A stretch of DNA of 64,000 nt from Gammaproteobacteria bacterium (GTDB lineage Bacteria > Pseudomonadota > Gammaproteobacteria > Pseudomonadales > Azotimanducaceae), in the NCBI GenBank assembly GCA_009837185.1, contig VXUA01000083.1:56371-120370 (forward strand), in the 5' to 3' direction. The position numbers were made by a program, and so were the translations under genes. This document shows positions 9,601 through 17,101 of the stretch, piece by piece (position 1 is the stretch's first letter; each line of letters starts with the position of its first letter). Below the pieces are notes generated by a model that made no database searches, was not told the DNA's origin, and saw nothing but the letters and a program-made list of their open reading frames with translations.

Positions 9601-10126
9601 TCCTGAACAAGACGTTAAACAATAATGAAAGAACCGCAACGAAGCTTAGCATAACAGGGCAAGTAAACAGCAAAAACTCTAACACTGACGCGGTCGAAAA
9701 GCTCTCAGCGATATTGAAGTCAATGAAGTTTTGTAAGAACCCACACAGTTGGATGGTGCCCAAGAAAGCTGCCATCGGTACCCAACCGACAATGACTAAC
9801 GCAAGGATCTTTGAAGCTAGTAGCTTCATATTTGAAAGCGGGTGAGTATCGACTACCTCGTGTATTCTGAAAAATTTGTCCCGCGTCAGTAGGTTCCGCC
9901 CCATGAAACATAGAAAACACGACATTAGTAAAAGGGGATAACCACCTAGGACTAGTAGCATGTGCTTCGGCGGCGGAGACATTACGTTATAATACTGTGA
10001 GGTGACATAATCCTCATAATACATTAAATACAGTGCTATAGATAGCAGTATAATAAGTGCAAATATTAGCCAGTAATAATACTGTTTAATGTATAATTTT
10101 ATATTATGTATAGTAAAATTTATCAA
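6617..10126 (-). CDS. Large polytopic membrane protein. The N-terminal ~280 aa have multiple transmembrane helices and look like an ABC-2 permease. The remaining ~880 aa form an extracytoplasmic region. Function unknown.
   Basis: 1169-aa ORF. The hydrophobic N-terminal third has about 6-7 predicted helices. There is no HEXXH zinc motif anywhere and no adjacent ABC ATPase gene. The start is uncertain because the first ~40 codons are extremely AT-rich. Confidence 0.6.
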   Translation of the reverse strand: MINFTIHNIKLYIKQYYYWLIFALIILLSIALYLMYYEDYVTSQYYNVMSPPPKHMLLVLGGYPLLLMSCFLCFMGRNLLTRDKFFRIHEVVDTHPLSNMKLLASKILALVIVGWVPMAAFLGTIQLCGFLQNFIDFNIAESFSTASVLEFLLFTCPVMLSFVAVLSLLFNVLFRNNLLTMSALLGTVIGGYFLITQFSLSQHVLFEGLPLIGTFGSDLDPEQLGILDIVRYSGYFSAIFCLFLLAVVFYQRRDVFKRRDLIVGSMCGLVFVVCIGTSFTIAMQQASKVRQWTDLRDRSTETIVPQIDVIDVHAIVNLNPKHHLSVTTELSAIVLADTDDDPLTIWLNPGFVVSEVQLDEVQVNSELDAKGALRVELTQPLKQDQRISLSITYQGKPDLAYGYFDSSTDIRQIPYWDQLLSYMGNAHGIFSSNFVALPQEVAWLPSAFLPLHELREHKDFFTSSIKLTLPKHWEPALPGKRRLLEEEGSPLTSKTYEFTTDVPVSSIGLYAGPLRVLSREISGTNFEVLISEHHLNRLSLLGESVEDLADALAEQLEANSTDGYEFPCSDYRFISVPQHYRVYGGGTFLNLSISDKCSYLLREFDVISIDWQKTIPEYMYPLFEQMDMTQGSYLVTILRQYFRLNVQGFNFHLDLFNTYWDHEVGVVGPEAEALSLVLSYLNDLFWYASMDGFSASGYFPKEMRPSQSESNQGFWSWQGRNRMGRTGLRIFGRLKPLLRHVDVVEDVVGKRLNTEAVQNAALGSSIQQTIKSNLNPFLAESLRLRCAHLSFQLFQVLGRDDTKLLLDELLVRYRHSNFNLEDLYETSADLGLPVKEVLGNWFSGNKQPQLEVSSAQTYKRAVPDELEDEYQILFHVFNSGEGTGVFRTSVTTEFQGYGALGADIGLQASFDTQNMRMGGFGQGPVVYIQPGESVEVGIVSEREPIRVIVEPLNLKIGGGRVAVPTKLVQDTRNVDPDLLEEFHGFRTSDWKPSPPPEIGIVIDDLDSTVSVENGRHVDDVKTWRRVDYPSAWGSPRRTMVYSESENPKSIAFQTDLPSAGMWLLEFHLPDFRGQFGDYPRGLLPRGRIGTANLNNFFWQSIAGEYKFTVEAGDVSKVIDVNVSESDFGWIYITETQLDQGTTVVSVEPSNSDGKLFGDAIRWVQVGTGE

Positions 10127-10195
10127 CTATAACTCTAAGAATTTAAGCATGTAATACTTAGGAGTTTCTCTTGGCTACGCGCATAGTTTATGCGG

Positions 10196-11017
10196 CTATC
10201 TTGGTAGTTTCTCATAACAATAGTTCGTGGCTGCGACGAAGCCTTCTATTGATCCGCAGTCAAAACGAATGCCTTCAAAGCGACAAGCAACGACTTTCTC
10301 TCGTCGAGCAATCGCGCCCAACGCGTCAGTCAGCTGAATTTCTCCGCCGTATCCAGGGGAAGTTCGTTCTAGTTCGCTAAAAATCTCTGGTATCAGAATA
10401 TACCGACCCACCACCCCTAAGTTGCTTGGCGCTTCATTCACGGGAGGTTTTTCAATCAAGTTGTGAACCAAGTAAGTACCGTCCTCTTGCTTGGTAGCAT
10501 CTATGATACCATAGCGTTCGGTCAACTCTGCCGGTACTTCCTCTACTGCGACGACGCAACACTGATGTTGCTGGAAGACTTCCACCATCTGTTCAAGGAC
10601 GCCTTTGGATGGATGCAAGCACAGGTCGTCTGACAGAACTACCGCAAACGGCGAATCTCCAACGATGATCTTCCCCGTAAGTATAGCATCACCCGTACCG
10701 CGCATTTCTTTCTGTCGGGTATAGGCAATTCGACAGGAATCAGTCAATCTCGTTAGTGCTTGCAACTTGGTCTCTCGCGCCGATCCTTGAAGGTGATGTT
10801 CTAACTCAAAATTAACGTCGAAATAGTCTTCGATCGCGCGTTTTCCGCGTCCGGTTACGACTCCAATTTCAGTTAGTCCTGCGGCGACAGCTTCTTCAAC
10901 TCCGTACTGGATCAACGGCTTATCAAGTATCGGCAACATTTCTTTGGGCATCGCCTTTGTCGCGGGTAGGAAACGCGTTCCGTATCCCCCCGCTAAAAAC
11001 AGGCATTTATTGAGCAC
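10196..11017 (-). CDS. galU: UTP-glucose-1-phosphate uridylyltransferase GalU
   Basis: AGGYGTRFLPATKAMPKEMLPILDKPLIQY and VGRYIL motifs. GTG start preceded by a GAGGA Shine-Dalgarno sequence. Confidence 0.9.
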   Translation of the reverse strand: MLNKCLFLAGGYGTRFLPATKAMPKEMLPILDKPLIQYGVEEAVAAGLTEIGVVTGRGKRAIEDYFDVNFELEHHLQGSARETKLQALTRLTDSCRIAYTRQKEMRGTGDAILTGKIIVGDSPFAVVLSDDLCLHPSKGVLEQMVEVFQQHQCCVVAVEEVPAELTERYGIIDATKQEDGTYLVHNLIEKPPVNEAPSNLGVVGRYILIPEIFSELERTSPGYGGEIQLTDALGAIARREKVVACRFEGIRFDCGSIEGFVAATNYCYEKLPR

Positions 11018-11087
11018 TATTTCCTCACCACTGTGCCAAAATCTATCTCAAAGATTTTAGTAAAGCACAGGTATGGTTAGATGTGTG

Positions 11088-11099
11088 TTGACTAGTCAA
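11088..11099. promoter_or_regulatory. Perfect 12-bp palindrome TTGACTAGTCAA upstream of galU
   Basis: Read directly from the sequence. It lies about 70 bp upstream of the galU GTG start, in the lolE-galU spacer. Any function as an operator or hairpin is unproven. Confidence 0.2.
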
Positions 11100-11145
11100 A
11101 GTTACAAAGCTAGCGAACCCTGTTAACTACCTGAAACAGTCGTGT

Positions 11146-12366
11146 TTAAGCGACTCTGTTAAGAGACTCTACTGGATCCTTCTTGAAAACGAGACGAAGT
11201 GGACGAAGAATTGCTACGAATCCTACAATCAACACTGCTAATATCGTCCAAATCAAGTCTTGTACCGCGACGTTTGCGCTCTCTAAGTACACAGTTAAGT
11301 CTGGTATGTTTCTTTCGTCCTCTTGGAACCGTTGGATGAAATGCATGATGTCGTGCGCATAGTGTGCCACAACGCATCCAAGGATCGCTCCCACGACGAT
11401 ACCACTGACTACGATAATCGCTCCTTGGCACATGAAGACAATGGAGACCCATCGCAACTCCGCTCCCAAAGTTTGTAAGATTGCAATGTCGCTACTCTTT
11501 CTATTGATGAACATCGCTTGACCGGAAATTACACTCATAATCACCAAACCGATGACAAACAATAGCAAAACGAACAGGATCGTTTTTTCCATCGCCAGAG
11601 CTTGATAGAGACTTCCAAAACGCTCCATCCAAGTTACTACCTCAGGATACTGACCCAAAATATTCCTTGCTCTTTTAGGTTCGTCCAACGTGATTCGATG
11701 ATGCACTTGATCTTCGGTGACGATTCCATGAGCTATGAGATCAGAAATTCGAACGTATAAGATCTTGGAATATGTTCCTTTGGAATCATTAGAGAGCCAC
11801 AGAGGACCAGCGTAGCGAAACGCTACGGTCTTGGAATGCACGCCACGTGAATTTACCAGAGGTACAGTCAACGAAAATGTGTCTCCCCTAGACAGCCCCC
11901 ACGCGCTTGCCTCATAGTAGTCCATGCCTGCAAGTGGAAGATCGCGCGGTTCTTTAAGAGCCGTATACATTTGACGAAACGTACGATTGGAACTGTCGGC
12001 ACTGAAACCATACACTGCTATACCTGATTCAGGCGTCAGGGCGCGGCCTCGTACGCTGAGCGATCCGTACAAATCCACAAACGGTTCTATCGAGGTGACG
12101 CCCGGTAAGGACTGCAACTCATCCAATAACTGAACTTGATCGGAATTTACGCGCGCGATCGCATGCGGGTAAACGCTAAATATGTAATCGTCAATTTCGT
12201 TTCGATTGCCATTCAATACTGCAAGAACAACTAAAAGAAGCGTAAGACCTAACACGAGGCCAATAAACGATATTACGTTGATGAGCCGGCTATTACCACT
12301 ACGTTTTGACAATAGATATCGGCTACTTACCCGCAGGATAAACAGAACTCGAGACTTATTCGTCAT
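11146..12366 (-). CDS. lolE: Lipoprotein-releasing system permease LolE
   Basis: FtsX-like permease of 406 aa with a large periplasmic loop. It is the third gene of a lolC-lolD-lolE arrangement. Confidence 0.8.
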   Translation of the reverse strand: MTNKSRVLFILRVSSRYLLSKRSGNSRLINVISFIGLVLGLTLLLVVLAVLNGNRNEIDDYIFSVYPHAIARVNSDQVQLLDELQSLPGVTSIEPFVDLYGSLSVRGRALTPESGIAVYGFSADSSNRTFRQMYTALKEPRDLPLAGMDYYEASAWGLSRGDTFSLTVPLVNSRGVHSKTVAFRYAGPLWLSNDSKGTYSKILYVRISDLIAHGIVTEDQVHHRITLDEPKRARNILGQYPEVVTWMERFGSLYQALAMEKTILFVLLLFVIGLVIMSVISGQAMFINRKSSDIAILQTLGAELRWVSIVFMCQGAIIVVSGIVVGAILGCVVAHYAHDIMHFIQRFQEDERNIPDLTVYLESANVAVQDLIWTILAVLIVGFVAILRPLRLVFKKDPVESLNRVA

Positions 12367-13048
12367 AGGGATTTAATGTACCTCGATCTAACCATAGTCG
12401 ACGATCCATTTGATTCGCCACAGCGTGATCGTGAGTTACTAGCACAAACGCCGTGTTGAGTTCCTGTCTTACCGAAACGATGATTTGTAAGACTCTCTCT
12501 GCATTTTCTACGTCCAAATTTCCGGTTATTTCGTCACCAAGTACTATAGCGGGATCACCTACAAGTGCACGGGCGACCGCTACGCGTTGTTTTTCACCAC
12601 CGGAAAGTTGGTGGGGGTAATGCTTCGCACGATCTACGAGGTCCATCAGCTCGAGAAGAGTTTGTGCTTTAGTTTTTGCGTTCTTCGCATCCTTTCCTCC
12701 ACGAATCCACAGCGGCATAGCAACATTCTCTAATGCTGTAAACTCTGGGAGAAGGTGATGAAATTGGTAGACGAATCCCATAGATTCATTTCGAATACGA
12801 CCTTGTTCCCGAACGCTAGCGCGACTCATCTCCCTCCCGGCAATATACACCTCGCCTTCATCCAAGCGCAGAAGTCCTCCCAAAATGTGCAAGAGTGTAC
12901 TTTTGCCACTACCAGAGCGACCAAGAATTACTACCTGATCACCACTCTGTACCTCTAAGTCCACGTGTTGAAGAATCTGCAGAGTCCGACTTCCGTCGTG
13001 GAAGGACTTAGAGACGCTTCGAGCTAATACGACTCCGGCGTCAGTCAC
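12356..13048 (-). CDS. lolD: Lipoprotein-releasing system ATP-binding protein LolD
   Basis: Walker A GRSGSGKST, signature LSGGEKQRVAVARAL and Walker B. It overlaps both flanking permease genes. Confidence 0.9.
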   Translation of the reverse strand: MTDAGVVLARSVSKSFHDGSRTLQILQHVDLEVQSGDQVVILGRSGSGKSTLLHILGGLLRLDEGEVYIAGREMSRASVREQGRIRNESMGFVYQFHHLLPEFTALENVAMPLWIRGGKDAKNAKTKAQTLLELMDLVDRAKHYPHQLSGGEKQRVAVARALVGDPAIVLGDEITGNLDVENAERVLQIIVSVRQELNTAFVLVTHDHAVANQMDRRLWLDRGTLNPYDE

Positions 13049-14327
13049 GACGAAGAACCTCTGCTGGGTCTAATTTCATTGCGCGCCAAGCCGGATAAAG
13101 AGAAGCTAAGACTGACAAACTCAACCCGATAATCACGACTAGCGCGAAGTCTGAAAGGACAAATTCAACATTGAGCGTTTTAGAGAAATATGCTTGCAAC
13201 AGATTTCTTCCGAAAAGATCATTGAAAACCGGAAAACCGATCTCCAAACCAATACCTAGCAACACGCCGAGAACACTCCCGAACAGTAATCCTAAAGACG
13301 AAATCATAAGTCCAGAAATGAGGAATAATGATCCAATGAACACTCTTCCGCCACCTAACGTTCGTAGTACCGCGATGTCTTGTTTGCGTTCGTTCACAAA
13401 CACAACGACGGAGGAAACTAAATTGAACGCGGCAATCGCTACCATCAACGAGAAAATCAAAACTAGCATATTGCGCGAAGCGACAATGCTTCGCACGAGA
13501 TATCCATAGTGTTCCGACCAAGCGGAGACGTTGTACCGACTGATATTACGGTATCGCCTAGGTACCAGATCATCGACCAAATTTTGAGCTTCAAAAGGAT
13601 CTTCTATCTGAAGCTTGTAGGTTGTAATACCCTTGGAAATCCGACTCAAGCGAGCCGCGTCCTCAACGTGAATGTAAACAAGTTCCGCGTCCAGAAACGT
13701 AAGGGTGTCAATTATTCCTGCAACTCGAAATCGTTTTTGACGGGGAATCGCACCTACAAGAGTGAGAGTTGGTTCCATTGTTACAACAGTAATAAAATCG
13801 CCTTCTGTTACCCCTAGTTCTCGAGCTTTATCTCGACCGACCAAAATTTGAAAGGAACCTGGTGCCAGTCGCGACATTGCTTCAGCTTCAACAAAGAGTC
13901 CCAGGGCTGAAGCGCGCAAGTGTCTGTCCGGATCAATTCCAATCAACCGCGCTGCTTCCACGCGTCCTTGCGACGGCTGTGCAGAAGTTGTGTCGAGTCC
14001 GGTTTGTGATTGCACCGCCAGTAAGACATTGCTTTCAATTTCGGGACTCCCTCGATATTCAATAGACAGTGCGTCCAGCTCTGCTTCGATATCGTCTACT
14101 TCCATGGTGCCACTACGACTTTGGATGGTGACATGAGGAACCAAATTAAGCACTCGGCTTCCTAATTCAGTTTCAAACCCTGACAGAATCGCTTGGGTAA
14201 CCACTAAGATCGCGATCGAAAACGCAAATCCTAGCATTGCGATAGATGCCACAGACCTAAGGAAATCTCGAGACGAACAGAAATATCGCCAACCGATACG
14301 TTGTGCTAGAGGTAACTTCACTGCCAA
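13041..14327 (-). CDS. lolC: Lipoprotein-releasing system permease LolC
   Basis: FtsX-like permease of 428 aa. It is the first gene of the lolCDE operon. Confidence 0.8.
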   Translation of the reverse strand: MAVKLPLAQRIGWRYFCSSRDFLRSVASIAMLGFAFSIAILVVTQAILSGFETELGSRVLNLVPHVTIQSRSGTMEVDDIEAELDALSIEYRGSPEIESNVLLAVQSQTGLDTTSAQPSQGRVEAARLIGIDPDRHLRASALGLFVEAEAMSRLAPGSFQILVGRDKARELGVTEGDFITVVTMEPTLTLVGAIPRQKRFRVAGIIDTLTFLDAELVYIHVEDAARLSRISKGITTYKLQIEDPFEAQNLVDDLVPRRYRNISRYNVSAWSEHYGYLVRSIVASRNMLVLIFSLMVAIAAFNLVSSVVVFVNERKQDIAVLRTLGGGRVFIGSLFLISGLMISSLGLLFGSVLGVLLGIGLEIGFPVFNDLFGRNLLQAYFSKTLNVEFVLSDFALVVIIGLSLSVLASLYPAWRAMKLDPAEVLRRD

Positions 14328-14601
14328 ATCTTCAAAGTAGTATTTGAATTAAAGCCGAGACATCGCATGCAGTGGCGATGGATCTATCACGCTCAAGAAA
14401 GATTCCACTTTTTCTTCATCAGTCTTGCAATATCGCGCGACAAAATATTGTTAGTGATTCTCCTTGGGTAGGGATACTGTCGTGGTAGGTACATGGAAAT
14501 CTCTCCTCCTATTCCACCTTCCAAATCGCAACCTTGCGAATCATGTTGTTCCAAGCACCATGACCTACCATGACAATCCCTTGGAATCCCACTGAGAATC
14601 A

Positions 14602-15651
14602 TCAATTCCCCTCTTTAATCAAGGCTCTCATCGCGGTTGAATAGCTAGCATTGTGTTTTTCTGAATCCGCGTCCCAAGTCGTCAACGCTACGGCAATGTC
14701 GTGCGATTCAGCAAATTCTAAAGCGTCGTCAAAACCCATAACGAAGAGAGCAGTCGCTAACGCATCTGCTTCGGTCGCGGTCGAACGATACACAGTAACT
14801 GCGGTTAAATTATGTGAAGTGGGGTAACCTGAACGTGGATCAATGACGTGCGTATACGACTTTTCATTAAAAACCCGATAGTTTCGATAACTGCCCGACG
14901 TCGCTAGAGCTCCAGAGGATAGCCTAAGAAAAACTTCTGATTGCCCAGTTCCGTCTGGTACTTCAAAGCCTATTCGCCAAGAATGACTTAACGCGTTGTG
15001 CCCTCGCACCCGAATTTCACCCCCGATATCGATCAAGAAGTCCGAACAGCGTTGATCTGCTAATACTTCTGCGATGTGATCGACCCCATAACCTTTTCCT
15101 ATTCCCGACAAGTCCAGTTTTATATTTGACAACTTTCGCAGTGTGTTGTCACTCTCATTTAACTCGAGCAACCTGTAATTCACACGACGCAACTCGCGCG
15201 CGATTGATTCGGCCGAAGGCGGCTGCGAGACTTCCTTCACTCCGAATCCCCACAACTCGACCAATGGCGCGACAGTAACGTCAAACGCACCGTTAGTTTG
15301 TTCGCTGATCGTTTGAGCCTTAGCAAGCACGTGTACTAATGTCTCGGGTACCGGTACCCACTCTCCTATATTTTCCGAGAGGTTAAATACGCTAATTTCA
15401 GATTCCACGTCATAGTTCGATAGAACAGACGTTAGCGAGAGAAGTTCAGACTCCAGGAGTTGATACGTAAGCGAATCCCTGCACTGTCCGATCACGCGAT
15501 AGTAAGTGCCCATCGTATCTCCCCGGAGTGATTTATAAAAAGACGCTTCACACCCATGCAGCAGTATCACAATCAGAAGCGACCCAATACCCTGAACAAT
15601 AGGTTTCACAAGGCTCTGTCTTACCCGTTTTCTTAAGGAACTTTCACACAC
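14602..15651 (-). CDS. apbE: FAD:protein FMN transferase ApbE (flavinylates the Rnf/Nqr subunits)
   Basis: ApbE motifs FDVTVAPL, GIGKGYGVD, ATSGSYRN and HVIDPRSG. N-terminal signal/lipoprotein-like sequence. Confidence 0.85.
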   Translation of the reverse strand: MCESSLRKRVRQSLVKPIVQGIGSLLIVILLHGCEASFYKSLRGDTMGTYYRVIGQCRDSLTYQLLESELLSLTSVLSNYDVESEISVFNLSENIGEWVPVPETLVHVLAKAQTISEQTNGAFDVTVAPLVELWGFGVKEVSQPPSAESIARELRRVNYRLLELNESDNTLRKLSNIKLDLSGIGKGYGVDHIAEVLADQRCSDFLIDIGGEIRVRGHNALSHSWRIGFEVPDGTGQSEVFLRLSSGALATSGSYRNYRVFNEKSYTHVIDPRSGYPTSHNLTAVTVYRSTATEADALATALFVMGFDDALEFAESHDIAVALTTWDADSEKHNASYSTAMRALIKEGN

Positions 15652-15711
15652 TATTACTGTCCTTAAAATGAGCCTCCAATTAACTAAATTACCAAGGAAT
15701 TACATTGACCG

Positions 15712-16332
15712 ATGAGAAAACATCGCTTGCTAATCTTATTGTTGTCGTTAGGGTATATGGTTAACTTGGCCGCGCAGGATACCGAAGACGACAACGAAAC
15801 TTCCGACGAGGAAACTGAAAATCCCAAAGTCTTGTTTGACACCTCGTTAGGCACATTTATGGTTGAGCTTTACCCCGACGAAGCTCCCTTGACCGTACAA
15901 CACTTTCTGAAACTAATCGACGAAGACTACTATGACGGATTGATCTTTCATCGTGTCATCAAAGATTTCGTCATTCAAACAGGTAGTTTTAATCAAGAAC
16001 TTGAACATCAAAACGTTGAAGACACTGTGAAAAACGAAGCAGATAGCGGCCTCTCGAACGAAAAAGGCACTATCGCCATGGCACGAGGGGATGATCCAGA
16101 TTCCGCTTCATCGGACTTTTACGTAAACTTGAAGGACAATTTAGGTCTAGATCCCGAAGGTCATCCAGAGAATCCTCACGGCTATACAGTATTCGGCAAA
16201 GTTATTCGCGGAATGGACGTAGTCGAAAAGATTGCGGAAGTGGAGACGGAAACTAAAGATCTAAACGACTATGATTGGGAAGACTTTCCCGTTGACAATG
16301 TCGTGATTAAACAAGCGTCGACCTACGAATAG
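15712..16332 (+). CDS. ppiA: Periplasmic cyclophilin-type peptidyl-prolyl cis-trans isomerase
   Basis: Signal peptide followed by the cyclophilin core FHRVIKDFVIQTG, GTIAMAR and YTVFGKVIRGMDVV. Confidence 0.85.
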   Translation: MRKHRLLILLLSLGYMVNLAAQDTEDDNETSDEETENPKVLFDTSLGTFMVELYPDEAPLTVQHFLKLIDEDYYDGLIFHRVIKDFVIQTGSFNQELEHQNVEDTVKNEADSGLSNEKGTIAMARGDDPDSASSDFYVNLKDNLGLDPEGHPENPHGYTVFGKVIRGMDVVEKIAEVETETKDLNDYDWEDFPVDNVVIKQASTYE

Positions 16333-16393
16333 ATCGACCGATCCAGTTTTCAAACTTTTCATTTTCTAGTCATCGAATAACCTAGGCTAATAC

Positions 16394-17092
16394 ATGTCTA
16401 AACGCGTCCTATTGCTTCTTGCGATCATTGGTTCAGCACTCTTTTGGGCAGCGCTGATTTCAGAAATTTCCTTTCGGTATGTAGACATGTCAGGTTCGGG
16501 TGATAGTCTGGAAGCCGCTTTGGACATTAAAGAGGAATCAGAAGGACTCCCACCGAGTGCAACAAGAAACGGCTTTTTAGTACTGTTCGCGCTTGTTTCC
16601 CTCGCTGTTGCTTCTTCCTCCTTCCTCACCTACCAAATCGCTAAACGAAATCTGCTGACTACACCTTCTAGTAATAAAGTAACAAACCGACGGCAAACGA
16701 AGAGACAGTCTCAAGGGAGTAAAACGTCTTTCAAAACGACTCAAGAACGTACGGGTCATAAAAAGGTTTCCAAACTTCCTAAAAACAAAAACACAGCTCC
16801 TTCAAAGCAATCGGTACGAACAGGTAGAGCTCCAAATACGGTTGATCCATCTAGTTCATCCAAAGGGCCAGCGATCAGCGGAGAGCGAGTCAAGGGGCGC
16901 GTTCGTGTGTACTACACTCGCAGATCCTACGGTTTCGTGGAAGACGAGAGTAAGCAAACTATTTTCTTCCATAAATCGGCTGTTGATCAAGACATAAACG
17001 AACGCGATCTGACTAAGAAACCGAGTGTCAGCTATATCGTTACACCAAGCGATCGTGGTCCCATCGCTACTGACATCCAGTTAGAGCAGTGA
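16394..17092 (+). CDS. Membrane-anchored protein with a basic low-complexity linker and a C-terminal cold-shock-like (CSD/S1-like) domain
   Basis: Two N-terminal hydrophobic helices, a Lys/Ser/Thr/Arg-rich linker (NRRQTKRQSQGSKTSFKTTQERTGHKK...), then GRVRVYYTRRSYGFVEDESKQTIFFHKSAV, which resembles the CspA-type G-x-V-KWF-x-GYGFI/FVH pattern. Confidence 0.55.
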   Translation: MSKRVLLLLAIIGSALFWAALISEISFRYVDMSGSGDSLEAALDIKEESEGLPPSATRNGFLVLFALVSLAVASSSFLTYQIAKRNLLTTPSSNKVTNRRQTKRQSQGSKTSFKTTQERTGHKKVSKLPKNKNTAPSKQSVRTGRAPNTVDPSSSSKGPAISGERVKGRVRVYYTRRSYGFVEDESKQTIFFHKSAVDQDINERDLTKKPSVSYIVTPSDRGPIATDIQLEQ

Positions 17093-17101
17093 GAGCTCCC
17101 A

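Noticed and set aside
6617-10126. Annotating the 1169-aa membrane protein as an ABC permease/M1 aminopeptidase fusion
   Set aside because: There is no HEXXH or GXMEN motif in the sequence and no adjacent ABC ATPase gene. Only the overall size and topology are reminiscent, so it stays hypothetical.
14393-14605. 70-aa ORF immediately downstream of apbE, considered as a possible NqrM-like maturation factor or small protein
   Set aside because: It has no transmembrane helix and no CGG...CxxC pattern like NqrM. There is no nqr operon here, and the composition looks non-coding. The 274-bp apbE-lolC spacer is left unannotated.
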